DNA of 64,000 bases, from assembly GCA_026417755.1 (NCBI GenBank), contig JAOACQ010000103.1:8822-72821 (forward strand). The letters run 5' to 3'. The stretch's first letter is position 1. Every line of letters begins with the position of its first letter. A program made the translations under genes and the position numbers. The DNA is from Brevinematales bacterium. Its GTDB lineage: Bacteria; Spirochaetota; Brevinematia; Brevinematales; JAOACQ01. The notes below the pieces were generated by a model. It had not been told where the DNA came from. It did no database searches and saw only the letters and a program-made list of their open reading frames with translations. Shown here in pieces: positions 28,153-36,562 of this stretch.

Positions 28153-28743
28153 ATGTTAAGATTTTTTTCGGCTATTTTAACGTTAACATTATTATTGGCA
28201 TGCGGCCCTGAAACCAAAAAAGCTGTATCAAAAGAAGAAACAAAGCCAGCAGTAGAAACCATCTTAATAAGTGACTTTGAAAACAATTCTAAAGAATTGA
28301 TTACCTATGCTGGACCTCAAAGCAAAGTAACTGCAGTCTACTCTACTGAAAAGGCCAAAAGTGGAAAACAATCCGCAAAAGTAACTCACCAGACCAAGGA
28401 TTGGGCAGGAGCACTTATAACTGTAGATGAAGGAAAAGGAGATTGGACTGGAATGAAAACATTCAGAATGTGGGTTTTTGGTTCAAATTCTAAAGCCAGC
28501 TTTAATATTGATCTTGAAGATGCAAAAAAAGAACAATTCAGATATACTATTACAGATGACTTTGAAGGATGGAAAGAGTTTGTAATCCCCCTTTCTGATT
28601 TTAAATGGAGGACAGATTGGCAGGCTTCTGATGCCGTTTTAAACAAAAAATATGATTATCCAATGATGACAGTTCAATTTTGCACAGCAACTCTTGGGAA
28701 TTTTACACTTTACTTTGATGATATAGTCATAGATAGCAAATAA
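28153..28743 (+). CDS. CBM-like (CBM11/CIA30-fold-like) lipoprotein, paralog 1
   Basis: ATG at 28153 follows the SD GGAGGAG (28141-28147). Lipobox LLAC. DFE...W-G...DWTGMKTFRMWVFG...DDFEGWKEFVIPLSDF...YFDDIVID is a beta-sandwich CBM-type pattern. Confidence 0.65.
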   Translation: MLRFFSAILTLTLLLACGPETKKAVSKEETKPAVETILISDFENNSKELITYAGPQSKVTAVYSTEKAKSGKQSAKVTHQTKDWAGALITVDEGKGDWTGMKTFRMWVFGSNSKASFNIDLEDAKKEQFRYTITDDFEGWKEFVIPLSDFKWRTDWQASDAVLNKKYDYPMMTVQFCTATLGNFTLYFDDIVIDSK

Positions 28744-28750
28744 TTATAAG

Positions 28751-28780
28751 AGGTCATACAATCTTTTGTATGGCCTTTAT
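28751..28780 (+). terminator. Intrinsic terminator after paralog 1
   Basis: An 11-bp stem pairs AGGTCATACAA with TTGTATGGCCT (one G-U), with a 4-nt loop and a T-rich tail. Confidence 0.5.
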
Positions 28781-28830
28781 CTTATTAATAAATAACTTTT
28801 TTAATGTATTTAAAAAAAACAAAAAAAGTA

Positions 28831-28859
28831 TTGACAATTTTCTATTATGAGTTTAAAAT
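28831..28859 (+). promoter_or_regulatory. Sigma70-type promoter TTGACA-17-TAAAAT for paralog 2
   Basis: TTGACA at 28831-28836, exact 17-nt spacer, TAAAAT at 28854-28859. SD AGGAGG precedes the ATG at 28893. Confidence 0.5.
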
Positions 28860-28892
28860 TTAAACCAAAAAGAAAGTTAGGAGGTAATTTTT

Positions 28893-29489
28893 ATGTTTAA
28901 GAACACGTGTTTAGTGGCTCTTCTTTTAATGGCAATTACATTAGCTAGTTGTGGGGATGATAAGAAAACAGTTGCCAAAGCAGAAACAAAACCTATTGCA
29001 GAGCAAATTCTCATAACTGACTTTGAAGACCCTTCTTTACAAATTAACATTTTCTCAGGTCCACAAAGTAAAATTGATGCAAAGATCTCATCAGAAAAAG
29101 TAAAGAATGGAAAAGCTGCTGCAAGAGTTGAACACAATACAAAAGACTGGAGTGGTGCAGTAGTTGTTCCACCAGCAGAAAAGAAAGACTGGACTGGAAT
29201 GAAAACATTCAGAATGTGGGTTTTTGGTTCAAATTCTAAATCTCAGCTCAACATTGACATTCCAGATGCAAAGAAAGAATTTTTCAGATATTCATATGTT
29301 GATGATTTTGAAGGCTGGAAAGAACTTGTTATTCCTCTTTCTGATTTTAAGTCAAGAACTGACTGGCAACCTTCAGATGCTTCTATAAACAAGAAAATGG
29401 ATTTCCCTATTCAAGAAATCCAGTTCTGCACATCTGGTTTCGGAAAAGGCGTTCACTATTTTGATGACATTATTATCGATAGTAAGTAA
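28893..29489 (+). CDS. CBM-like (CBM11/CIA30-fold-like) lipoprotein, paralog 2
   Basis: 198 aa with lipobox LASC. It is collinear with paralog 1 over its full length and includes an identical WTGMKTFRMWVFGSNSK block. Confidence 0.65.
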   Translation: MFKNTCLVALLLMAITLASCGDDKKTVAKAETKPIAEQILITDFEDPSLQINIFSGPQSKIDAKISSEKVKNGKAAARVEHNTKDWSGAVVVPPAEKKDWTGMKTFRMWVFGSNSKSQLNIDIPDAKKEFFRYSYVDDFEGWKELVIPLSDFKSRTDWQPSDASINKKMDFPIQEIQFCTSGFGKGVHYFDDIIIDSK

Positions 29490-29491
29490 AT

Positions 29492-29529
29492 AAAAGGCTT
29501 GCGTTAAGCAAGCCTTTTATTATTTTTTT
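29492..29529. terminator. Bidirectional intrinsic terminator
   Basis: An 11-bp perfect stem pairs AAAAGGCTTGC with GCAAGCCTTTT around a 5-nt loop, followed by a T-rich run. It sits between convergent stops at 29489 and 29530. Confidence 0.7.
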
Positions 29530-29970
29530 CTATAATGCTTTTAACTCATTAAGTTTTGCCTGAGCTTCATCTTTTATAGCTTTTGGGGCTGTCTGGCTCG
29601 AAAGTATTTCGTTTAATCTTACTGTTGCATTTTCTTTAGCATCTTTTTTAAGCTCACTTATATCTCTATCCGTCATACCAGCCTGTTTTACTTTTTCTTT
29701 ATCTGTATTTAGAAATTTAATCACAAGAATATATGCTTTCGCCGTTTTCAATTTTGCTGCAGAATCTGACGCTGTTTTTTCGTTATCCAAAGCCTCTTTT
29801 AATACCCTCATCACGGTATTAAATGATGTATCTTCCACTGGTTCAGACTTCTTAACTTCGGCTTCTTTCTTTTCTACTGGTTTTTCTGGTTTAACTTCTG
29901 TCTTTTTCTCACCACAACCAGAAAAAAGAAATAACACACTCAATATAATTGATAAACTAAAATATCTCAT
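29530..29970 (-). CDS. Helical lipoprotein of unknown function
   Basis: 146 aa with lipobox FSGC, a K/E/P-rich linker and a helical C-terminal part. Confidence 0.6.
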   Translation of the reverse strand: MRYFSLSIILSVLFLFSGCGEKKTEVKPEKPVEKKEAEVKKSEPVEDTSFNTVMRVLKEALDNEKTASDSAAKLKTAKAYILVIKFLNTDKEKVKQAGMTDRDISELKKDAKENATVRLNEILSSQTAPKAIKDEAQAKLNELKAL

Positions 29971-29982
29971 AAAAACCTCCTT

Positions 29983-30393
29983 TTATTCCTTAGTCCAGTC
30001 AATATTTTTTATACCCTGCCAGGCAGCCTTAACAGTTTGATCTCTATGCCTATCACTATATAAGACAATCCTTAAAAAGGCAGGGAAATTAGATGGTAGC
30101 CTTTCTTTATCAAGAATCTTCACAAGTTCTTCTGCAATCACATCGTCATAAAAAGCAATCTGATCATTTTCTTTGAAACCAGGATTATCATAATTATATG
30201 TTAGCAAATCTACAACCATAGAAATAACTCTTTTCCTATCAGGAAATTTTTGAAAAACTACTATAGCTTTCTTTTTATTTTCATATTCTCCAATTCTCTT
30301 TAATACTCTATAGGCATTAAGGAGCTCATCATCATTCGCATAAATGCTTGAAAAAGAAAATGCTAAAATTATAAAAAATATCTTCTTAAACAT
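29983..30393 (-). CDS. Secreted HEAT-like repeat protein (short paralog)
   Basis: 136 aa with a signal peptide. The C-terminus SDRHRDQTVKAAWQGIKNIDW is paralogous to that of the next gene. Confidence 0.55.
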   Translation of the reverse strand: MFKKIFFIILAFSFSSIYANDDELLNAYRVLKRIGEYENKKKAIVVFQKFPDRKRVISMVVDLLTYNYDNPGFKENDQIAFYDDVIAEELVKILDKERLPSNFPAFLRIVLYSDRHRDQTVKAAWQGIKNIDWTKE

Positions 30394-30397
30394 CTTA

Positions 30398-31126
30398 TTA
30401 CCACTTTAGTTTCTTCATTGCTTCCCAGGCAGCCTTTACTGTTTCATCCCTGTGTCTATCAGGATTCATAACAGTCTGAAGTAAAACAGGAAAAGCTCTA
30501 GGATCTCCAATATCTCCAAGAGTTTCAATTATAGCCTGAGCAACCCTATCATCTTCAAATCTTCTTGTATCCTCTTCCTTAAACTTTGCTCTTGAGGCTC
30601 CATATTGATTTCTGAGTAAATCCACAAGTTTAGGAACAATCCCTTTTACATCTCCAAGAAGTGGGAGAGCCTTTGCAGCAGCAATTCTTGGATGTAAAGA
30701 GGTGTCTCTCTCTATAATATTCACAAGAGTTTCGATATATTTATTATCCTTACTTTTAACAAGATCATTTATTGCCAAAACTCTTGCGTCTGGTGAGACA
30801 ATTATACTTTTCTGTTCGGTTTTCATATAACTTCTTACATCCCAAGTAATAATTTCTTCAAGAAAATCATATTTTTTTGAAGGGACATTCGTAATTTTTG
30901 TAACAAGCATTACAATCTTAAACTGAACATCAAAACTTGCCTTCTTACCAATCGAGTCATTAAATTCCTTTTTCAAATAAGGTAATACATTATCAGGTAA
31001 AGCTAAATCCTTAGGAATAGCTTCAACAGGAACATTTGGACTTAAAAAAGACCCCAAAACATTTTCTTGAGAAAAAACGCTTCCAGCAAGCAGTGTAAAC
31101 AATACAATGAAAATAATCCTTCTCAT
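30398..31126 (-). CDS. Secreted HEAT-repeat protein
   Basis: 242 aa with a signal peptide. HEAT/PBS-lyase-like units (RIAAAKALPLLGD, AIIETLGDIGDPRAFPVLL). C-terminus NPDRHRDETVKAAWEAMKKLKW. Confidence 0.65.
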   Translation of the reverse strand: MRRIIFIVLFTLLAGSVFSQENVLGSFLSPNVPVEAIPKDLALPDNVLPYLKKEFNDSIGKKASFDVQFKIVMLVTKITNVPSKKYDFLEEIITWDVRSYMKTEQKSIIVSPDARVLAINDLVKSKDNKYIETLVNIIERDTSLHPRIAAAKALPLLGDVKGIVPKLVDLLRNQYGASRAKFKEEDTRRFEDDRVAQAIIETLGDIGDPRAFPVLLQTVMNPDRHRDETVKAAWEAMKKLKW

Positions 31127-31267
31127 AAAACACTCCTTTAACTTAAATTTCCTGCCCTAATCTATCGGAAAAATTTATATAACTTCTTAAATAAAAACTA
31201 TTAACTTTATTATATAACTATTAAAAAAAAAGTCAAATATAAAAAACTTTTTTTAATTTGACCAAAT

Positions 31268-31296
31268 GGTCAACTTGTGTTATAATAAAATATTGG
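31268..31296 (+). promoter_or_regulatory. Sigma70-type promoter TTGACC-17-(TGT)TATAAT with an inverted repeat over the -35
   Basis: TTGACC at 31268-31273, 17-nt spacer ending in TGT (extended -10), TATAAT at 31291-31296. The perfect inverted repeat TTGACCA-AA-TGGTCAA spans 31268-31283. Confidence 0.5.
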
Positions 31297-31305
31297 GAGA
31301 ATTTT

Positions 31306-32259
31306 ATGGATTTTATTCTTTTAATTATAGGTTTTGGACTTCTTATATACGGTGCTAATTTTTTAGTTGATGGTGGTGCTGCTTTAGCAAAAAAACTTAA
31401 TGTTCCCACAATAGTAATTGGGCTCACAATTGTAGCTTTTGGAACCTCCGCCCCTGAACTGATTGTAAATATTTTTGCCTCTTTAAAAAATAATTCAGAC
31501 ATAGTTCTTGGAAATATTCTTGGAAGCAATATTTTCAATATACTTTCCATACTTGGAATTTCAGCTATCATAAGGAATCTAAAAGTATCAAAAACAACCA
31601 CAATAATAGAAGTGCCAATAGTAATTCTATCAAGTATAATAATTTTTATAATGGCTAATGATACACTTATAGATAATAGAGCCTATTCTGAAATTTCAAA
31701 AGCTGATGGTTTTATTTTGCTTATATTTTTTATCCTTTTTCTTGCATACAACATATTTCTTGGTATTACAAGAGATTTTGAACTTGAGGAAGAAATTAAA
31801 GATTTAAAAATTCAAACCTCCTTAATGTATATAATAGTTGGACTTGTATTTTTAGTATTTGGCGGCCGATTTGTTGTAAATTCCTCAATAAATATCGCAA
31901 AATTTCTTGGAATATCCGAAAGGGTAATAGGACTAACCATTGTAGCAATAGGAACATCTCTCCCTGAATTAATAACATCTATAGTTGCTTCTGTTAAAAA
32001 AGCCACAGATATTGCAATAGGCAATGTTTTAGGTTCAAATATCTTTAATGTACTTTTCATAATAGGTGTTTCTTCAATTATATCAAATGTATCTGTAAAA
32101 CCTATAAACCAGTATGATATAGCCATAAATATGATAGCCTCAGCTTTAATTTTCTTATTTCTTTTTACGGGCAAAAGGCATCAAATCGAAAGATGGGAAG
32201 GTATTATGTTTATTATTTTCCAAATAATCTATTTTGTTTCTCTTTTTATAATAGCTTAA
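31306..32259 (+). CDS. Ca2+/Na+ (cation) antiporter, CaCA/YrbG family
   Basis: Two alpha-repeats (GTSAPELIVNI...GNILGSNIFNIL and GTSLPELITSI...GNVLGSNIFNVL). I prefer the ATG at 31306 (SD GGGAGA) to the track start at 31258, which lies inside the promoter. Confidence 0.85.
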   Translation: MDFILLIIGFGLLIYGANFLVDGGAALAKKLNVPTIVIGLTIVAFGTSAPELIVNIFASLKNNSDIVLGNILGSNIFNILSILGISAIIRNLKVSKTTTIIEVPIVILSSIIIFIMANDTLIDNRAYSEISKADGFILLIFFILFLAYNIFLGITRDFELEEEIKDLKIQTSLMYIIVGLVFLVFGGRFVVNSSINIAKFLGISERVIGLTIVAIGTSLPELITSIVASVKKATDIAIGNVLGSNIFNVLFIIGVSSIISNVSVKPINQYDIAINMIASALIFLFLFTGKRHQIERWEGIMFIIFQIIYFVSLFIIA

Positions 32260-32261
32260 CT

Positions 32262-32290
32262 TTGACATTTCTTAATGTTAACATTAAAAT
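32262..32290 (+). promoter_or_regulatory. Sigma70-type promoter TTGACA-17-TAAAAT with a 16-nt perfect palindrome in the spacer
   Basis: TTGACA at 32262-32267, TAAAAT at 32285-32290. The palindrome TTAATGTTAACATTAA spans 32272-32287. Confidence 0.5.
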
Positions 32291-32342
32291 ATACAATCTT
32301 TGAATTTGTAATAATTTAATTCAAGAACTTTAAAGGGAAAAA

Positions 32343-33575
32343 ATGAAACAACAAACTATAACTATACAAGATATTATTTTTTATTTCATATCAATCTCTT
32401 TTTGTTTTACTTTAATCTCCGCCATTTTTATAGGTTTTCAGATATTAGCAATATTATTTTTCATTATTTATATTATAAAAAATAAGATAAAAATTGATTT
32501 TGAAAGGATTGATTACTTACTTGTTATTTTCTTCCTTACGGTTTTTATCAAAAGTTTTTTTGTAAAAGATATTACAACTTCTTTACTTTCTTCTTTTTTG
32601 ATACCTTTTTATATCTTTGTATTTATTTTTTATAAGAATTTTCTAATCGATGAAGAAAGATTCAAGAATATTGTAAAATCTATAGCTATTGGCTTAATAA
32701 TCTTTAATTCTTTTTCTTTATTTCACTATTTTATAATAAGAAAAGATATTGTTTTTTCAATTTTTTCTGTTTCAATCAAAATACCACATTCATATAGTGG
32801 AACAATTTTTTCTCCAATTTCATCAATATTGTCACATCCTACTGGTGCTGGCATTATTCTTGGTATATTAATATCTATAATATTGTTTTATTTATCTCAA
32901 AATATTAAAAATATTTCTTTAAGAGAAAGATTTTTTTTTATTACTGCAACTATTCTTGGTATTATAACCCTATTTTTCACATTTTCAAGAAGCGGCTATA
33001 TAATACTTTTTTTATCAATTGTTTTTATTATTTTTAAGTTACGAAAGCCTACTTTAATAATTCCTATTTTAACTATTATAACAATTTTTACAATTTTAAA
33101 TCCCGCTGACAAAATAAAAAGTTCAATTATAAATCTTAAAGATTCATACAATGTTGGTCCGCGTCTTCTTCAATATGAAATCGCAACAAAATTATTTAAA
33201 CAAGCCCCTATCACAGGAATTGGCCTAATGCAATTTAAGAAAACTTATAAAAATTCTTATAACTCTCCAGAATATAATCATTATCCATCTTATTATTTTG
33301 ATAATGTAGATTATGTTCACAATAATTATCTTGCACTACTTACAGAAACAGGCATTATAGGTTTTTTATTATTTTATACCTTCTTAATTTTTAAATTTAT
33401 AAAAAACATCAAAAGACTCAAAGATAACAAGAATTTATTTAAAACATACGCTATTTTCATTATTTTGTGGTTCTTTATAGACTCAATTTTTAATGCACAT
33501 CTCTATGTTGCTCCGATAGGAATATTCTTATGGATATTTATAGGACTATCTGATAATATAAAAAGGGTGTCTTAA
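32343..33575 (+). CDS. O-antigen ligase/polymerase-family (Wzy_C) membrane protein
   Basis: 410 aa with ~10 TM helices. FTFSRSGYI follows a large loop, and HNNYLALLTETGIIGF is typical of the O-antigen ligase family. Confidence 0.7.
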   Translation: MKQQTITIQDIIFYFISISFCFTLISAIFIGFQILAILFFIIYIIKNKIKIDFERIDYLLVIFFLTVFIKSFFVKDITTSLLSSFLIPFYIFVFIFYKNFLIDEERFKNIVKSIAIGLIIFNSFSLFHYFIIRKDIVFSIFSVSIKIPHSYSGTIFSPISSILSHPTGAGIILGILISIILFYLSQNIKNISLRERFFFITATILGIITLFFTFSRSGYIILFLSIVFIIFKLRKPTLIIPILTIITIFTILNPADKIKSSIINLKDSYNVGPRLLQYEIATKLFKQAPITGIGLMQFKKTYKNSYNSPEYNHYPSYYFDNVDYVHNNYLALLTETGIIGFLLFYTFLIFKFIKNIKRLKDNKNLFKTYAIFIILWFFIDSIFNAHLYVAPIGIFLWIFIGLSDNIKRVS

Positions 33576-33588
33576 AGACACCCTTTTT
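33561..33588. terminator. Bidirectional intrinsic terminator with a stop codon in its loop
   Basis: A 12-bp stem pairs AAAAGGGTGTCT with AGACACCCTTTT around the loop TAA, which is the stop of the 32343 gene. A T5 run follows. The convergent gene stops at 33590. Confidence 0.65.
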
Positions 33589-33589
33589 A

Positions 33590-35881
33590 TTATCTTTGGA
33601 CTTTCAACATTGCTCCACTTGATATACCAAATACTCCCTCTTTATCTGCTACCACAGAAACAGAAGACTTTTTCTTTGTATCACTTGTCCACAAATTCTT
33701 TTTGGTTTCAATATCATAGGCATAAATCTTTCCACTTCTTGTCCCTACAAAAAGAGAATTTCCAGAGAGATAAGGTTGAGTTATTTTGTCATTAATTTGA
33801 ATTCTATTAACAATCTTACCACTTCCCAAACTAACAATTGTAACAACAGAAGAACTTTCACCACCTTTCGCAATAACAATATTTCCTCCACTTACAATTG
33901 GATCTATATCTGTCTTCTGTAACTCAGCAAGATTTACTTCCCATTTTTTGTTTCCATCCAAAGTAGAATAACCTTTAAGAACTCCACTACCTCTCACAAA
34001 TGTTACAACAGTATTATCATTTCCGACTAATGGATAAACAATTCTATCCTCATATGCTTTTACCCATTCTTCCTTTTTATTCTCTAAACTATAGCATACA
34101 AGATTGCCATTCTCAAGAGCATAGATAATCTTTTTCCCACCATCTATAACAAGAGGAGAAGCAAAAATCTGAGCAGAAAGTTTTATATTATCCAGAATCT
34201 CACCACTCTGACTTAAGATATAAATTCCATCTTTAAATGAGCTAACAAATATTTTATCACCATACATAACTGGATGTCCACCAAACTTCTGCCCACCTAC
34301 TTTCTCGTTTTTCCACAGTAACTTACCATTTAAATCATAAGCATATAAACCACCATCTTCAGCACCAACTACAAACATATTTCCACCAACAGCAACTTTG
34401 GTAAGCTGAATACCTGGTTTAACAGTCATCTTTTTAGTAAGAGTCCCGCTTAAATCAAAAATATAAACATTGTCAAGCGAAACAGTTATAATCTTTCCTT
34501 TATACAATACAGGCAAATAATCAAATTCATTTACATTAAGAGTAATTGATTTTTCCCAATCTATTGTTCCAGAAACAATCTTTGGTGTATCAATTTTAGC
34601 TATCTCTGAACCAACAGATGATACAGAACTTGAAGAAGCTACTTCAACAAGTTTTTGATTTAAGGTCGCTTCTATATTAAAATCTGCTGAGACATCATAC
34701 TCTTTTGCAAACATCTCAAATCCATCTTTTTCTATTCTTACGTTGATTTTTTTACCTTTTTGTATTAGCATCTCAAATGGAGTAATACCAACTTCTTTCC
34801 CATCAATAAAAACTTTTGCTTTATCTGGAACCGAACTAAAATTTATTTTAGAGGTTTCTCTCTTTTCAAGAATCTTATCTTCTGAAATAAGATTAAGTTT
34901 TTGTTCAGCTTCTTTACTAATCTGCCTCTTTTCTACAATTATAGCTGTGAAATCTTCAGCCTTTGAATCCTTTTTAGCGACCTCTGTTACAACCTTTTCC
35001 TGAATTTTAGTTGTTATATTTTCAGGTTTAGCCCCTTCCGACGCTGCCACCTCTTTAATGACTTCTTTAATAATGTTATCAACCTTTTCTATCTTTTCCT
35101 TCTTAAGGCCAACCTCTTCTCCAGCTCCAACTTCTACAGGCTTAACAACATTTTCCTTCAAAACTTCAGCTGTTTTATCATCAATTTTACCAGCTTCTCT
35201 TGCACTATCAATAGATTTAACAACAGGAACTACTTTAACCTTTCCTTCAGCCACAGAAACTTTTGTATCGCCATTTTCATCAACAGAAACAAAGAATTTT
35301 GTTCCTCTTACAGCAGCGACTGCTGATTCAGTATGAACCTCAAAAACTTCACCCTTTTCAAGTTTTTTAGGTTTTAGTGCCATCCCACCTTTTTCAAGTT
35401 TAAATTTTGATTGAACTTTGTTATCGTTATTTACAAGCGTAGCAAGTAAAACTTGTGAAGAAGGTTCAATTCTGAAGATACCTCTTTTCACCATCTGAAT
35501 TTCACAATATGATTCTTTCTCCGTCTTAATATTATCACCCATCTGTAAAATCTCTTCAACCTTAACCTTTTTCCAGTCAGAACTTCCAACCTTTTGTGCA
35601 TAAACATCCCCAACAACAGCAGAAACAATCAAAGCCTCACCCTTATCAATCTTATTCTGCTTAACAACAAGGGAATACTTTGAAACAAAAACAACCCCGA
35701 AAACAATTAATAATGAAAAAGCTGCAAGCCAAGCAAATAACTTAATTCCACCTTTTTTCTCAGACATATAACTACCCTCCTTCTTTTTTAAGAAATAGTT
35801 TTTCCAGACCTTTTCAAAATCTGGTGTTGAGTCAACATAAATGTTTGACTTCAAAAGAAACTCTAACTCCTTCTCATTCAT
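33590..35881 (-). CDS. Anti-sigma-like membrane protein: short cytoplasmic N-term, 1 TM, FecR domain, K/E-rich linker, PEGA domain, PQQ/BamB-like beta-propeller
   Basis: TM segment LFAWLAAFSLLIVFGVVFV. FecR-like IFRIEPSSQVLL...AAVRGTKFFV. PEGA block SSVPDKAKVFIDGKEVGITPF...IEKDGF. Repeated YAYD-x-G/T-K-x-LW propeller motifs. I prefer the ATG at 35881 (GGAGG 5 nt upstream); the track start at 35911 is the alternative. Confidence 0.65.
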   Translation of the reverse strand: MNEKELEFLLKSNIYVDSTPDFEKVWKNYFLKKKEGSYMSEKKGGIKLFAWLAAFSLLIVFGVVFVSKYSLVVKQNKIDKGEALIVSAVVGDVYAQKVGSSDWKKVKVEEILQMGDNIKTEKESYCEIQMVKRGIFRIEPSSQVLLATLVNNDNKVQSKFKLEKGGMALKPKKLEKGEVFEVHTESAVAAVRGTKFFVSVDENGDTKVSVAEGKVKVVPVVKSIDSAREAGKIDDKTAEVLKENVVKPVEVGAGEEVGLKKEKIEKVDNIIKEVIKEVAASEGAKPENITTKIQEKVVTEVAKKDSKAEDFTAIIVEKRQISKEAEQKLNLISEDKILEKRETSKINFSSVPDKAKVFIDGKEVGITPFEMLIQKGKKINVRIEKDGFEMFAKEYDVSADFNIEATLNQKLVEVASSSSVSSVGSEIAKIDTPKIVSGTIDWEKSITLNVNEFDYLPVLYKGKIITVSLDNVYIFDLSGTLTKKMTVKPGIQLTKVAVGGNMFVVGAEDGGLYAYDLNGKLLWKNEKVGGQKFGGHPVMYGDKIFVSSFKDGIYILSQSGEILDNIKLSAQIFASPLVIDGGKKIIYALENGNLVCYSLENKKEEWVKAYEDRIVYPLVGNDNTVVTFVRGSGVLKGYSTLDGNKKWEVNLAELQKTDIDPIVSGGNIVIAKGGESSSVVTIVSLGSGKIVNRIQINDKITQPYLSGNSLFVGTRSGKIYAYDIETKKNLWTSDTKKKSSVSVVADKEGVFGISSGAMLKVQR

Positions 35882-35983
35882 TATTTCCTCCATAATTAAA
35901 TATTTTTTCATTTTTCATTTTAAGTTCAAACTTCTAATTATAAATACTTTAACATAAAAAATTTTGAGAAGTTTTTAAAAAAT

Positions 35984-36553
35984 TTATTTTTTTAGTTCTT
36001 TTAAAATAATTTGATATGCCTTTGAAAGCCGATTATGGAGTTGTCTTATTGAGATATTACTCTCTTTAGCTATATCCTCAAGACTCATATCTGAGAAATT
36101 TTTTAGTAAAACTACTTTTTTTAATTTTTCAGGAAGTTTATTAATAATAACTTCTAAACTCTCCTTTACTGTGAAATTTTCAATATCATTTTTAGCTTCT
36201 GGAATATCTATTTCTTCAAATTTTTCTATATTTATAAACCTATTTTTCTTTAAATATTTATATCTATCCTTAATGGTATTTATTAATATTCTGAAAAACC
36301 AAGGTTTAAACAGCTTTCCCCTTTCAAAAGTTCTATCTCTCATCATAAATTTAAGAAAAGACTCCTGTACAACATCTTCAGCATCCTGTTTACTTAATCC
36401 ATAATACCTTGATATATTATAACACTGTAAATAATATCTGTTGTATAATTCTTCATAGTATGTCTTTATAACCTGAGCATAACTACTCTCATCTTTTTTA
36501 AGTTCACAAATTCGGTAAAGAATTTCTTCATCACTCATACTATTAACAGACAT
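35984..36553 (-). CDS. ECF-type RNA polymerase sigma-70 family factor
   Basis: 189 aa. Region 2 (DAEDVVQESFLKF, FKPWFFRILINTIKD) and a region 4 HTH (MSLEDIAKESNISIRQLHNRLSKA). Confidence 0.85.
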   Translation of the reverse strand: MSVNSMSDEEILYRICELKKDESSYAQVIKTYYEELYNRYYLQCYNISRYYGLSKQDAEDVVQESFLKFMMRDRTFERGKLFKPWFFRILINTIKDRYKYLKKNRFINIEKFEEIDIPEAKNDIENFTVKESLEVIINKLPEKLKKVVLLKNFSDMSLEDIAKESNISIRQLHNRLSKAYQIILKELKK

Positions 36554-36562
36554 AAAACTTCC

